A stretch of 56,474 nt of DNA from Solirubrobacteraceae bacterium (GCA_030725785.1 JANRFB010000090.1:1-56474), one strand, 5' to 3'. Positions 34,463 to 44,510 are shown, counted from the stretch's first letter. The notes: generated from the letters alone by a model not told the origin. Numbers and translations: made by a program.

Positions 34463-37400
34463 ATGCGCGACTATCTGGCGGCAATCAACGAGCGCGTCGT
34501 CGTCTTTGACGGCGGCATGGGCGCAACGCTTGAGCAGTTCGACCTCTCGAGCGAGGATTACGGCGGACTGGCCGGAAAGTGCCATGAGGCGCTGATCCTC
34601 AATCGCCCCGACGTGATTGAGGGCGTTCACACTTCGATGGTTGAAGCGGGAGCAGAGGTTGTCGAGACCGACACGTTCCAGGCCAGCCGACTAAAGCTCG
34701 AAGAGTGGGGTCTCGCCGATCACACGCTGGAGATAAACCGGCGCGCCGGCGAGATCGCCCGCGCCGCAGTCGGTGAAGATCGCTTCGTCGCCGGCTCGAT
34801 CGGGCCGACCGGCCAACTCCCCTCTTCCGATGACCCGACCCTTGGCGCGATCTCGTTCCGCGAACTGGTGACGATCTTTGAGGAGCAGTCACGCGGGCTG
34901 CTCGAAGGTGGCGTTGACCTGCTGCTGATCGAAACGGCGCAGGACATCTTGGAAGTAAAGGCCGCGATCTTCGGCGCCCGTGAAGCGTTCGTCACGGCCG
35001 GGCGCAGCGTGCCGATCCAAACGTCGGTGTCGCTGCTGCCAAACGGCGGCAAGATGCTACTCGGCACAGACATCGACGCCGTCCTAACGACGCTTGAGTC
35101 GCTGAAGGTAGACGCGATCGGCCTCAACTGCTCAACCGGCCCCGAGGACATGCGCGACGCGATCCGCTTCCTCGGTGAGTTCTCCCCGGTACCAATTCAG
35201 TGCGTTCCCAACGCGGGATTGCCACTGCAGGGCCCCGACGGCGAGACAATCTTCCCTGAAACGCCAGAGGCACTGGCCGAGATCCTCGGCGAATTCGTCG
35301 AGCGCTACGGCGTAAACATCGTCGGTGGCTGCTGCGGCACAACCCCCGCCCACATCGCTGCGATCGCTGAGCGCTGCGCCGGGCTGGCGGTCTCGCCCCG
35401 CCCCGCCCCGCGCGCTCCGCGCGTCAGCTCGATGATGACGGCGACCGCCCTTGTACAGGACCCAACGCCGACGATCGTCGGCGAGCGCGTCAACTCGCAA
35501 GGTTCGCGCAAAGCAAAGGAGATGCTGCTCACCGACGACTATGACGGCCTAGTTCAAATTGCTGAGGATCAAGTCGAAGGCGGCGCCCACGTGCTCGACC
35601 TCTGCGTCGCGCTAACCGAGCGTGAGGATGAGGACGAGCAGATGCGCCAAGTCGCAAAGCGCGTCTCGCTAACGCAGCCGTCACCACTGCAGATCGACTC
35701 AACCGAGCCATCCGTGATCGCCGCTGCGCTCGACCAAATTCCTGGCCGCGCGATCGTCAACTCGATCAACCTTGAGGCCGGGCGCGACAAGCTCGACACC
35801 GTCGTGCCGGCAGCCGTTCAGCATGGCGCCGCCGTGATCGCGCTGACGATTGATGAGATTGGAATGGCGAAGACGGCTGAACGCAAGGTCGAGATCGCAC
35901 TGCGACTGAAAGAGCTCTGCTGCGACGAGCACGGACTCGACCCTGAGCTGCTGATCTTCGACGCGCTGACGTTCACGCTGACGACCGGCGACGAGGAATG
36001 GCGCCCGTCGGCTGTCGAGACGATCGAGGGAATCCGCCGCATCAAGGCTGAAATTCCCGGCGTCAAGACCTCACTGGGCGTCTCGAACGTCTCCTTCGGC
36101 GTCTCCCCTACCGCCCGCGCCGTACTCAACTCGGTCTTCCTTCACCACTGCGTTGACGCGGGCCTCGACCTAGCGATGGTCAACCCGAACCACATCACCC
36201 CGTACGGCGAGATCTCCGACGAGGAGCGCGCGCTAGCCGATGATCTCGTTTTCAACCGCCGAGAGGATGCGCTCGAGCTGTTTATCAACCACTTTGAGTC
36301 GCGCAGCGGCGAAGATCAGGAGGCCGAAAAGGCCAACCCGACCGAAGGGATGGAGCCGGAGGAGGCGCTCCACTTCCACATCCTGCGCCGCCGCAAGGAG
36401 GGCGTCGAGGATTGGATCGATCTGTCGGTAGAGAAGATCGGCGCCGTTCCGACGCTCAACGAGGTTCTGCTCCCAGCAATGAAGGAGGTCGGCGACAAGT
36501 TCGGCGCAGGCGAGCTGATCCTCCCCTTCGTGCTGCAGTCAGCAGAGGTAATGAAGCGCGCAGTCGCGCGGCTTGAAAACTTCCTGGATCGGATTGAGGG
36601 CTACACCAAGGGCACGGTCGTGCTGGCCACCGTCTTCGGCGACGTTCACGACATCGGCAAGTCGCTCGTCAACACGATTCTCACCAACAACGGCTACACC
36701 GTGATCGACCTCGGCAAGCAGGTTCCAATTCAAGCAATTCTCGAGGCGGCGAAAGAGCACGAAGCAACCGCGATTGGCCTCAGCGCGCTGCTGGTCTCGA
36801 CTTCGAAGCAGATGCCGCTCTGTATCGGTGAGCTTCAAGCGCAAGGCCTCGACTACCCCGTGCTGATCGGCGGCGCAGCCATCAACAAAGACTTTGGCCT
36901 GCGCGCGCTCTACCCCGGCGGCCGCGAGTCGGATGAGATCTACGAGCCTGGCGTATTTTTCTGCAAGGACGCCTTTGAGGGCCTCGCGAAGATGGACGCG
37001 CTGGTCGAACCTGAGCAGCGGGAGCTACTCGTCGCGGAGCTGCGCGCCGACGCGCTGGCGCTGCGCCAGAAGGGGCCCGAGCCGGAGGCGCTGCCGACAG
37101 ACGACGACAGCGTCCGGTCTGCTGCCAGCACCGATGTGCCTGTGCCAACGCCGCCATGGTGGGGCGTTCGCGAAGTGCCGATCGACATGGACGCTCTCTA
37201 CCACCACCTTGACACCCACGTCCTGTTCAAACTCCATTGGGGTGGCCGCGGCGTCAAGGGCGAGGCTTGGACCGAGCTGCTCGAAAATGATTTTCGGCCG
37301 CGCCTCGAACAGATGTGGGCCGAGCAGGATTACCTACGCCCACGCGCGCTGCTCGGTTACTTCCCCTGCTATTCAGAGGGCAACGACATCGTCGTACTCG

Positions 37401-38023
37401 ACCCAGACGATCGAGAGACCGTTCTAACCCGCTTCGTATGCCCGCGCCAACCCGGCCACGACCGCATCTGTGTGGCCGACTTCTACCGCCCGAAGGATTC
37501 CGGCGAGCTCGACGTCGTGGCGCTACAGGCGGTCACCTCGGGCTCAGAGGTCACGGAGCTGATGGCGAAGCTCGAGGATGACGGCGAATACGCCGAGCAG
37601 CTCTTCGTCCACGGCCTTGGCGTGCAGACTGCCGAAGGGCTTGCAGAGCTGGTCCATGCTCAGGTGCGCGACGACCTCGGCATCGGCGAGGCGCAAGGCC
37701 GCCGCTACTCGTGGGGTTACCCCGCCGTGCCCGAACAATCCGAGCACGAGAAGCTTGATCAACTCCTTGACCTCAGCCAGATTGGGATGACGCTGACCGA
37801 CGGTTTCGCACCAGAGCCCGAGCAGTCAACACTGGCGCTCGTCGCCCATCACCCCGACGCAACCTATTTCGGCATGAAATCCGGAAAGCTGCCTACGAAC
37901 GCGCGCCAACGCGCCGATGACGTTATCGCTGGCAGCGACCGTGACCCGACGCAGCTGGGCGAGATTCCCGATGAAGATCCACAGCTGAGCGAAGAAGTTG
38001 ACGAAACGCCCGTTGCCGGTTAG
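34463..38023 (+). CDS. metH: Cobalamin-dependent methionine synthase
   Basis: Contains the Hcy domain (GGCCGTTP), the pterin domain, the B12 cap and binding motif GDVHDIGK, and the AdoMet activation domain (GRRYSWGYPA). I prefer the ATG at 34463 (MRDYLAAINERVVVFDGGMG). Confidence 0.95.
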   Translation: MRDYLAAINERVVVFDGGMGATLEQFDLSSEDYGGLAGKCHEALILNRPDVIEGVHTSMVEAGAEVVETDTFQASRLKLEEWGLADHTLEINRRAGEIARAAVGEDRFVAGSIGPTGQLPSSDDPTLGAISFRELVTIFEEQSRGLLEGGVDLLLIETAQDILEVKAAIFGAREAFVTAGRSVPIQTSVSLLPNGGKMLLGTDIDAVLTTLESLKVDAIGLNCSTGPEDMRDAIRFLGEFSPVPIQCVPNAGLPLQGPDGETIFPETPEALAEILGEFVERYGVNIVGGCCGTTPAHIAAIAERCAGLAVSPRPAPRAPRVSSMMTATALVQDPTPTIVGERVNSQGSRKAKEMLLTDDYDGLVQIAEDQVEGGAHVLDLCVALTEREDEDEQMRQVAKRVSLTQPSPLQIDSTEPSVIAAALDQIPGRAIVNSINLEAGRDKLDTVVPAAVQHGAAVIALTIDEIGMAKTAERKVEIALRLKELCCDEHGLDPELLIFDALTFTLTTGDEEWRPSAVETIEGIRRIKAEIPGVKTSLGVSNVSFGVSPTARAVLNSVFLHHCVDAGLDLAMVNPNHITPYGEISDEERALADDLVFNRREDALELFINHFESRSGEDQEAEKANPTEGMEPEEALHFHILRRRKEGVEDWIDLSVEKIGAVPTLNEVLLPAMKEVGDKFGAGELILPFVLQSAEVMKRAVARLENFLDRIEGYTKGTVVLATVFGDVHDIGKSLVNTILTNNGYTVIDLGKQVPIQAILEAAKEHEATAIGLSALLVSTSKQMPLCIGELQAQGLDYPVLIGGAAINKDFGLRALYPGGRESDEIYEPGVFFCKDAFEGLAKMDALVEPEQRELLVAELRADALALRQKGPEPEALPTDDDSVRSAASTDVPVPTPPWWGVREVPIDMDALYHHLDTHVLFKLHWGGRGVKGEAWTELLENDFRPRLEQMWAEQDYLRPRALLGYFPCYSEGNDIVVLDPDDRETVLTRFVCPRQPGHDRICVADFYRPKDSGELDVVALQAVTSGSEVTELMAKLEDDGEYAEQLFVHGLGVQTAEGLAELVHAQVRDDLGIGEAQGRRYSWGYPAVPEQSEHEKLDQLLDLSQIGMTLTDGFAPEPEQSTLALVAHHPDATYFGMKSGKLPTNARQRADDVIAGSDRDPTQLGEIPDEDPQLSEEVDETPVAG

Positions 38024-38262
38024 GCGATCAGCGCCAGCTTGTCGGCCCGTGAGAGCCGTTTGATTCGAACCTCTTCGCGCTGAGCTGCTGATCGGTCCTC
38101 CATCTCGAACGAGGCCGCCAGCACAACCGGCAGGCGGCTGCGCGTGTAGCGGCTGCCGGTGCCCGCGCTGTGCGCTTCAAGGCGCTTCTCTAGGTCATTG
38201 GTCCAGCCGGTGTAGAGGCTGCCGTCGGCACAGCGAAGCATGTAAACCCAAGCGTCGGCCAC
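38020..38262 (-). CDS. GIY-YIG nuclease-superfamily small protein (UPF0213-type)
   Basis: WVYMLRCADGSLYTGWTNDLEKRLEAH is the GIY-YIG motif. 80 aa, with a 4-nt convergent overlap with metH. Confidence 0.8.
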   Translation of the reverse strand: MADAWVYMLRCADGSLYTGWTNDLEKRLEAHSAGTGSRYTRSRLPVVLAASFEMEDRSAAQREEVRIKRLSRADKLALIA

Positions 38263-38293
38263 CGAGAAGAGTTCGCCGCCGCCGGACGTCTTC

Positions 38294-40642
38294 CTACGCG
38301 CTGATTGAGCTGGGCTTGGCGTTACCTGCGCTGCGGTCGGCCGCTGGTCCTAGGCGCACCGGCGTCGAGTGAAGCGCGCGGAGACGCACGTCGCGCCAAC
38401 TGAGCCCTTCGCCGAGCAGAGCTGGAACACCCATCAGGACAGCGGTTGCGACCTCTACCGCCTGCAGCACAATCCCGTATGCGAGAGCGTCGGCGGCGCT
38501 GACGCCGTAGGCGCCGGTGAGAACGGCAACGCAGGCGGCCTGGAAAACGCCAACGTTGGCCGGTGTCGCCGGGACCAGCGCCGTCACGTTGACAGCCAGC
38601 AGCACGGCGGCGGCGGCACCGATGCCGGCGCGGCCGTCGAGCCCGATCGCCGCCAAGAGCAGGTAACAAGCGAGGGCCTGAAGTGCCCAAGCGCTGAGCT
38701 GAGCGGCGAGCGCCAGTAAACCGTCGCGCGGCCGCGTGAAGACGCGCAGACCGCTACGAACTTGGCGTGCGGCTTTCAGCAGTGGGCGGATTACGGCGCG
38801 TGTTCGGCCGAAGCGCTCACTGCCGCTGGCGGCCAGCACGGCGGGGACGACGAGAACAATGACGAGCAGCACGACGGGAATGAAGACGACTGCCAGCAGC
38901 GCACCGTGCCTCTGGTTAAAGATCGGAACGCTCGAGAGTGCGATCGCAGCGAGGACCAGCAGCGCAATCACGTTCAGCACTGTCTGCGAGACGAGTGTTC
39001 CAACGACAGTAGGCATAGTTTCACGCGGGCGCCCGGCGCGGCGTGAGATGACGATCGCACGGGCTGGCTCGCCGAGCCGCGCCGGAAGCGTCGATGACAT
39101 CAAAACGCCGATAGCGGTAGCTCGGAGCGTGTCGAGCTGCGTCAACACTCGATCTGGAAGCGCCGCGTGAAGAATTGCGTGCCAGGAGACCGCGCGCAGC
39201 ACCATCGAGAGGCACATCACGGCGACCGCCGCCAAGACCCAGGCGGGGCTTGACTGCAGCAGGCTGGCGATCACGCGGTCGACGCCGATCTTCTCAAGCG
39301 CGACGATCGCCAGGCAGACCGTGAGGCTGACTGCAACCAGCAGCGCAACGTGGCGGACTGCGCTTCGCAGCCGTGCCCGGCGCCAGCCTCCGGCCGGTTC
39401 CGGTTCGATCGTCTCCAGCCGCTGAGCCGGCACGGCCGGGAGACCGTCGGCGTCAAGCTTCTCCGCGGGGCTGAGTTGGCGCTGACCGGCGGCCGCTTGC
39501 GCAGAGGCGTGCGCAGCTATCGCCTGCTCATAAATTCGCGTCGTCTGTTCGCTGATTACCGGCCAGCTGTACTGCGCGGCGCTGGCCGCGGCACCACTAT
39601 TGAGCTCCGCCCGTCGCGCGGGCTCGAGCGCTAGGTCTCGCAGCGTCTCGGCTAGCGCGAGCGGATCACCATGCGGCACAAGAACACCATTCGCGCCGTC
39701 GTCGACAACATCGCGATAGCCGGCAATCTCACTGGCTACGACCGGCGTGCCGGCGGCAAAAGCCTCGGTCAGGACCATTCCGAAGCTCTCTCCGCCAAGC
39801 GACGGGGCTACCAGCAGATCGGCTTCAGCGAGCAAACGCTGTTTCTCAGCGTCGTCGATGAGCCCGGCGACTGTGACGCCACGCGAGTCAACCAGTAGCG
39901 GCTCAACGTCATCGGCGGTAGCGCCGATGATTGTCAGCTCAGCATCGATGTGTTCGCGCAACCCTTCGAAGGCCGAAAGTAGAACCGGCAAGCCCTTGCG
40001 GTCAACAGCCTGGCCGACGAACACGAGTTTTAGCTTGCCGGCCGACCCGAGGGCCTTCGTCGGCGGCCCACCGACCGGCAGCTCAACGCCGTTGGCGATC
40101 ACGCTGTATCGGCCTCCATAGAACCGGCGCGCGGTCCAAGTGGCAGCCTCGGAGACGGCGATACGCGCGTGGAGCCGGCGCATCCTTCGCCGCGCTCCAA
40201 AGAGGTTCGCGATCCCCTGCGTCAGCCGGTTGGTTGCATAGGTGTGGTAAGTCGCAACCAGAGCCGTTGAACTGCAATTGAGCGCCATCCAGCTAATAAG
40301 CGGGACGACCGGCTCATGAACGTGAACTACGTCGAAATTGCCCTCAGCGAGCGCTTCGCCTAGCCGCTGGACCGCGGCCGGGGAGAGCGAAAGGTTGGAG
40401 ACGGCGCCGTTCGCAGGGATTCCAACCGTGCGCCCGAGATCAACGATGTGGCCGTCAAGTTGACGCTCTTGCGGCGCCGTGCCGCCGTGCAGACGAGTGC
40501 TGCGCGGGCCTGGGGGGTCAACCGGAGTGATGATCCGCACCTCGTGGCCTGCCTGACGGTGAGAGGCTGCCAGCGCCTCAATATGACGCGCGACACCGCC
40601 GGGATAGCTCCACGAGTACGGCGAGACAATTGCGATCCGCAT
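38294..40642 (-). CDS. Fusion protein: GT4 glycosyltransferase (PimA-like N-terminus) plus flippase-like polytopic domain (lysyl-PG-synthase TM / UPF0104 type)
   Basis: The N-terminus MRIAIVSPYSWSYPGGVARHIEAL and the EX7E motif ESFGMVLTE mark the GT4 part. From about aa 430 there are roughly 8 TM segments containing LPARLGEPARA, typical of the UPF0104 family. Confidence 0.8.
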   Translation of the reverse strand: MRIAIVSPYSWSYPGGVARHIEALAASHRQAGHEVRIITPVDPPGPRSTRLHGGTAPQERQLDGHIVDLGRTVGIPANGAVSNLSLSPAAVQRLGEALAEGNFDVVHVHEPVVPLISWMALNCSSTALVATYHTYATNRLTQGIANLFGARRRMRRLHARIAVSEAATWTARRFYGGRYSVIANGVELPVGGPPTKALGSAGKLKLVFVGQAVDRKGLPVLLSAFEGLREHIDAELTIIGATADDVEPLLVDSRGVTVAGLIDDAEKQRLLAEADLLVAPSLGGESFGMVLTEAFAAGTPVVASEIAGYRDVVDDGANGVLVPHGDPLALAETLRDLALEPARRAELNSGAAASAAQYSWPVISEQTTRIYEQAIAAHASAQAAAGQRQLSPAEKLDADGLPAVPAQRLETIEPEPAGGWRRARLRSAVRHVALLVAVSLTVCLAIVALEKIGVDRVIASLLQSSPAWVLAAVAVMCLSMVLRAVSWHAILHAALPDRVLTQLDTLRATAIGVLMSSTLPARLGEPARAIVISRRAGRPRETMPTVVGTLVSQTVLNVIALLVLAAIALSSVPIFNQRHGALLAVVFIPVVLLVIVLVVPAVLAASGSERFGRTRAVIRPLLKAARQVRSGLRVFTRPRDGLLALAAQLSAWALQALACYLLLAAIGLDGRAGIGAAAAVLLAVNVTALVPATPANVGVFQAACVAVLTGAYGVSAADALAYGIVLQAVEVATAVLMGVPALLGEGLSWRDVRLRALHSTPVRLGPAADRSAGNAKPSSISA

Positions 40643-40655
40643 CGGACGACCGATC

Positions 40656-42683
40656 TTAGCGCGCGCGACCGTCAGCTAACAGCGGGTCGCCACGCAGATA
40701 GGTCGCGCCGCAGATTGCTACGAAAACGGCAAAAAGCAGCAGCATCGGCCCGGAATCGTTAAAGATTGCCCCGAACACTCCAACTGCCGCCGCACCGGCG
40801 AGTCCGGCGCGCCAGCCAAAGTCGCCGTCGACCGGCGCCAGCAGCCGGCTGCGGCGAATGATCCCGAGCACAATGGTCAACAGCGCGATCAGCGTCGCGA
40901 CCGGCATCAAACCTCGGATTAAGCCGCGTCCCGCTAGCTCAATTCTGCGCACGAAAATCTCCCACCACGCGCCCGAGCCGTCGGCGCGCAGCACGGTCCG
41001 AGTGAAGTGTGAATCGCCGCCGCTGAGCAGATCGATCGCTGCCAGCAGGGCGAGCGCCGCGAACGGTGCGATTGCAACCAGCGCGATCGTCCTGCCCGAC
41101 AGGCGGCCAGGCAACATCAGCAGCACAGCTACACCGAACCCGGCCGCCACCGTCATGACGCCACCAACGTCGGCGCCGAGCTGCGCCGCCCCGAGCGCGA
41201 CACCCAGCACGAGCCCGAAACCGGCGAACAGAGCCGCCGCCCCGCGCGAGCGGCCACGGCCGAACAAGAGCGCGCCTAGACCGATCAAGAGCAGCGCCGG
41301 CAGCGTCGACTCGAGCTCATTGCCGATGCCGTAGAAGCGCGAACCAAACAGCGGATTGGGGCCGAGCAGCGATCGGATGATCAGCGGCGAGCCAAATGCC
41401 AAATCGACAATGTAGGCACCGACAGCCACAAACGCCGGAAGCGCCGGCGCCCGTGGCCAAGGGACGACATAGTCGCTGGCGATCCCCAAGAGCAGCGAGC
41501 CGAAGACGACGAGCAGCATCTCGACCACCATCGACGGCGCTAGCGCTGCGGTGAGAAGCAGGACCGAAGGCAGCCAGAAGATCGCCAGCGCGCCGCAGCG
41601 CATCGCCCAGCGCATGCCTTGACGGTCGGCGGCAAGCATCGCGACCAGCGTCAGAATCAGCCAGCCGCCGAGCAGAGCCCACAACACCGGGAAGCGGCGC
41701 TGCCCCACGACCTGAAGTCGGCCTTTCAGGGCCAGCAACTGCTGCGTGTCGCGGCCAGGCAAGACCTGAATTGGCTGGCCGCTGGCGGCGCTGGGAATTG
41801 GAACGCCCAACCAGTCGAAGGCCGTTGGAAGAATGTCAATTCCGGCGACGACCCCATCAAGGTGCGTCGTCGACGAACTTAGGGTTCCTGGCTTGCCAAG
41901 TCCGGCAATGCCAACCGGCAGCAGCTGCGCGCCGCGCCTACCGGGCGGAGAGCGCATCACGATCAGCAGTTCGTTTGAGTCGCGCTCAGCCAGCAGCGTG
42001 CTTAGCTGACGATCACCAGCGTCGCCGGCAGCCAGAGTCGCCACCACCAGCCGCCTTTCGCTCAGCAGCGCCTGAGCGCGGGCAGGAAGCGACGCCGCCG
42101 AGCCAATCGAGAGCCGTTCAATTCGCCCGGCCCGGTCGGCAGCTACTACAGCGTCTTTCTGCGGCTGCCCCTCAACGCCAGCGTAGGCCGCGCCGCCGCC
42201 AATCGAACCAGCGAGCAACCCCGGCACAACTTGAGCCGGGGCGTCTCTGGCACGCTTCTCGACCGCCATCCAGCCACGGAAGTAGGCGCCGCGTTGGTCG
42301 GGGACTAGCACCATCGAAGGTGGGATTTCGGGGCTGTAACTGGAGAGAGAGACACGCGTTCCCTGCGTGATGTCAAGCAGGGCTTGGGCTGCGATGTAGC
42401 GCCCTTGGACGGGGCTGCTGAGCCCGACCGAGAGCTGGCTCTGAGCAGCCAGCTGGTCTGTAACGGTTCGTTGGACTTTGCGCTTTGGGGCCGATCCAAC
42501 AGCGCCGAGAGCGGGCGGCACTTTGAGCTGGCCTGGCAGGAAGACGATCAGCACGCGCGGTGCACCCGCACTGGCGCTCGCGGCGCCTGCCGGGAATAGC
42601 AGCGCCAGAGCCAGCGCGCAGCTCACTGTGGCCGCGGCGGCCAGCGCCAAGCGGCACGCTGCGGGTCGGGTTTGAATCTGCAT
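40656..42683 (-). CDS. Hypothetical large envelope protein: signal peptide, roughly 330-aa extracytoplasmic domain, roughly 9-10 TM C-terminal domain
   Basis: The ATG at 42683 gives MQIQTRPAACRLALAAAATVSCALALALLFPAGAASA. The strand-like motifs PRVLIVFLPG and ELLIVMRSPPG faintly recall alkaline-phosphatase-superfamily cores. No family was recognised. Confidence 0.55.
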   Translation of the reverse strand: MQIQTRPAACRLALAAAATVSCALALALLFPAGAASASAGAPRVLIVFLPGQLKVPPALGAVGSAPKRKVQRTVTDQLAAQSQLSVGLSSPVQGRYIAAQALLDITQGTRVSLSSYSPEIPPSMVLVPDQRGAYFRGWMAVEKRARDAPAQVVPGLLAGSIGGGAAYAGVEGQPQKDAVVAADRAGRIERLSIGSAASLPARAQALLSERRLVVATLAAGDAGDRQLSTLLAERDSNELLIVMRSPPGRRGAQLLPVGIAGLGKPGTLSSSTTHLDGVVAGIDILPTAFDWLGVPIPSAASGQPIQVLPGRDTQQLLALKGRLQVVGQRRFPVLWALLGGWLILTLVAMLAADRQGMRWAMRCGALAIFWLPSVLLLTAALAPSMVVEMLLVVFGSLLLGIASDYVVPWPRAPALPAFVAVGAYIVDLAFGSPLIIRSLLGPNPLFGSRFYGIGNELESTLPALLLIGLGALLFGRGRSRGAAALFAGFGLVLGVALGAAQLGADVGGVMTVAAGFGVAVLLMLPGRLSGRTIALVAIAPFAALALLAAIDLLSGGDSHFTRTVLRADGSGAWWEIFVRRIELAGRGLIRGLMPVATLIALLTIVLGIIRRSRLLAPVDGDFGWRAGLAGAAAVGVFGAIFNDSGPMLLLFAVFVAICGATYLRGDPLLADGRAR

Positions 42684-42763
42684 CAGCTCTATTCTGACCA
42701 CTAGACGGGCGATCCCGAAAGATTCCATTGTCCGTACCCTTATCGAAGGAGTTATTTCCACCA

Positions 42764-43453
42764 ATGCGCCACTTCGTCAAATACACCTTCCTCAGCGTCG
42801 ATCCAGCTTGGAAGCGGCTCGATCCAGCGGAGCGTCTAGCCGGCAAAGAAGAGTTCTTGGCGGCCTGTGATGACTTCGGCTCCGACCACCTGCTTCAAGC
42901 CTTCTCGCTGGTTGGCATCCGCGGCGACTGCGATCTGATGATCTCTGTCGAATGCGAAAATCTTGACCGCATCCACGAGTTCGGCGTCGTGCTCGGCCAA
43001 AGCGGGCTGATGAAGTGGTGCACAACGCCTTACGCCTATCTGGGCATGCGCAAGGGCTCGGAGTACTCCGACGATGTTCGCTTTGTCGCGCGCCCATTCA
43101 AAGGTAAGTACGTCTTCGTATATCCGTTCGTCAAGCGTCGCGACTGGTACCTGCTGCCGGCCGACCAGCGCTGGGAAATAATGCAGGAGCACATCAAGAT
43201 TGGGAAGGAGACGAAGGGCGTCGATAACCACACGGCCTATTCGTTTGGCCTCGATGATCAGGAATTCGTCGTCGCCTTCGACACAGACGACGCAGGGCTA
43301 TTCATGGATCTCGTCCACAAGCTGCGAGCAACCGAAGCATCGGCTTACACCGCGCAAGACACGCCAAGCTTTACTTGTATGCGCACCTCAGTCGAGCGGG
43401 CATTGATCGCGCTCGATGGCGCCCCGATTTCCGCCGACGCCCTTTCGGCTTGA
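42764..43453 (+). CDS. chdC: Coproheme decarboxylase (HemQ / chlorite-dismutase-like)
   Basis: GAAGGAG lies before the ATG at 42764. MRHFVKYTFLSVDPAW..., VYPFVKRRDWYLLP and EFVVAFDTDD are typical of HemQ. Confidence 0.85.
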   Translation: MRHFVKYTFLSVDPAWKRLDPAERLAGKEEFLAACDDFGSDHLLQAFSLVGIRGDCDLMISVECENLDRIHEFGVVLGQSGLMKWCTTPYAYLGMRKGSEYSDDVRFVARPFKGKYVFVYPFVKRRDWYLLPADQRWEIMQEHIKIGKETKGVDNHTAYSFGLDDQEFVVAFDTDDAGLFMDLVHKLRATEASAYTAQDTPSFTCMRTSVERALIALDGAPISADALSA

Positions 43454-44082
43454 AAACCGATCACGACGACGCTGCGGTCCGCGCCCACTTAGCCGAGTCG
43501 GACCCAGTCCTTGCCGAGCTGATGGAGCGCTATGACGTCTTGCTGGTCGAGGAGAACGACCGCGAGCGCGAGCATTACGCGGCGCTAGTTCGCACAATCG
43601 TTGGCCAGCAGCTCTCAAACCACGTAGTAGCGATCCTCTGGGGTCGACTGCTCGAGCGCTTCGGCGGCCATCCCCCGACTCCGGCCGAAATCCTCGCCGA
43701 CGACCCCGAGGAGCTGCGCGCCGCAGTTGGCCTCTCGAACGCGAAGGTCTCATATCTGCGCTCGCTCGCCGAGCAGGTGGAGTCCGGCGCACTCGACCTC
43801 GACCACATCAGTGAGCTTCCTGATGAGGAAGTGGTTGCTGAGCTGACGACCGTGCGTGGAATAGGTGTCTGGTCAGCGCACATGTTCCTGATGTTCCAAC
43901 TCGGTCGCCCAGACGTGCTGCCATGGGGCGACCTCGCTATCTGCAAGGGAGTCGAGCAGGCTTACGGGCTAGACCAAACTCCAAAGCGAGCAGCGCTCGA
44001 GGAGCTCGCCGAGCGCTGGAGGCCACACCGCTCAGCCGCATGTCGCGTGATCTGGTGGACGATCGATCGAGCAGACGACTAA
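43450..44082 (+). CDS. HhH-GPD DNA glycosylase (AlkA / 3-methyladenine glycosylase II-like)
   Basis: Contains the HhH motif LTTVRGIGVWSAHMFLMF and the catalytic-Asp region LPWGDLAI. The TTG start at 43450 overlaps the hemQ stop (TTGA). Confidence 0.7.
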   Translation: MKTDHDDAAVRAHLAESDPVLAELMERYDVLLVEENDREREHYAALVRTIVGQQLSNHVVAILWGRLLERFGGHPPTPAEILADDPEELRAAVGLSNAKVSYLRSLAEQVESGALDLDHISELPDEEVVAELTTVRGIGVWSAHMFLMFQLGRPDVLPWGDLAICKGVEQAYGLDQTPKRAALEELAERWRPHRSAACRVIWWTIDRADD

Positions 44083-44471
44083 AGCGCGCTGACTACTTCT
44101 TCTTCTTCGTCCTTGACTTGGAACGAAGAGCCGCAGCCACAGGCAGCGACGACGTTGGGGTTATTGACCTGGAAGCCAGCCCCCTGAAGCGATTCAACGA
44201 AGTCGATCTCTGATCCATCGACGTAAGCGAGGTGCTGCGGGTCAACGAGCAACTTGAGGCCGTGATCCTCGAATACGATGTCGCTCTCGCGCTGCTCATC
44301 GAATGCGAGCTGGTACTGGAATCCCGAGCAGCCGCCACCTTTGACTCCGACGCGGAGGCCGGCAACTTCAACGTCGGCTCCTTGCGCGTCAAGGTACTCG
44401 CGAGCTTTGGTCGCTCCGACTTCGCTCAGGACGATTCCCTTGGCCTTGAATGTGACTTCCGTTGTACTCAT
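44079..44471 (-). CDS. A-type Fe-S cluster carrier (ErpA/IscA/SufA, HesB family)
   Basis: GGGCSGFQY and the C-terminal CGCGSSF. Confidence 0.9.
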   Translation of the reverse strand: MSTTEVTFKAKGIVLSEVGATKAREYLDAQGADVEVAGLRVGVKGGGCSGFQYQLAFDEQRESDIVFEDHGLKLLVDPQHLAYVDGSEIDFVESLQGAGFQVNNPNVVAACGCGSSFQVKDEEEEVVSAL

Positions 44472-44510
44472 CGCTTCACGAAGTATAGCGGTGCTCTACC
44501 CTCCCTTCTA

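Noticed and set aside
38020-38262. GIY-YIG gene as a homing endonuclease or mobile element.
   Set aside because: It is an 80-aa stand-alone UPF0213-type catalytic domain with no DNA-binding extension, no intron or intein context and no flanking repeats.
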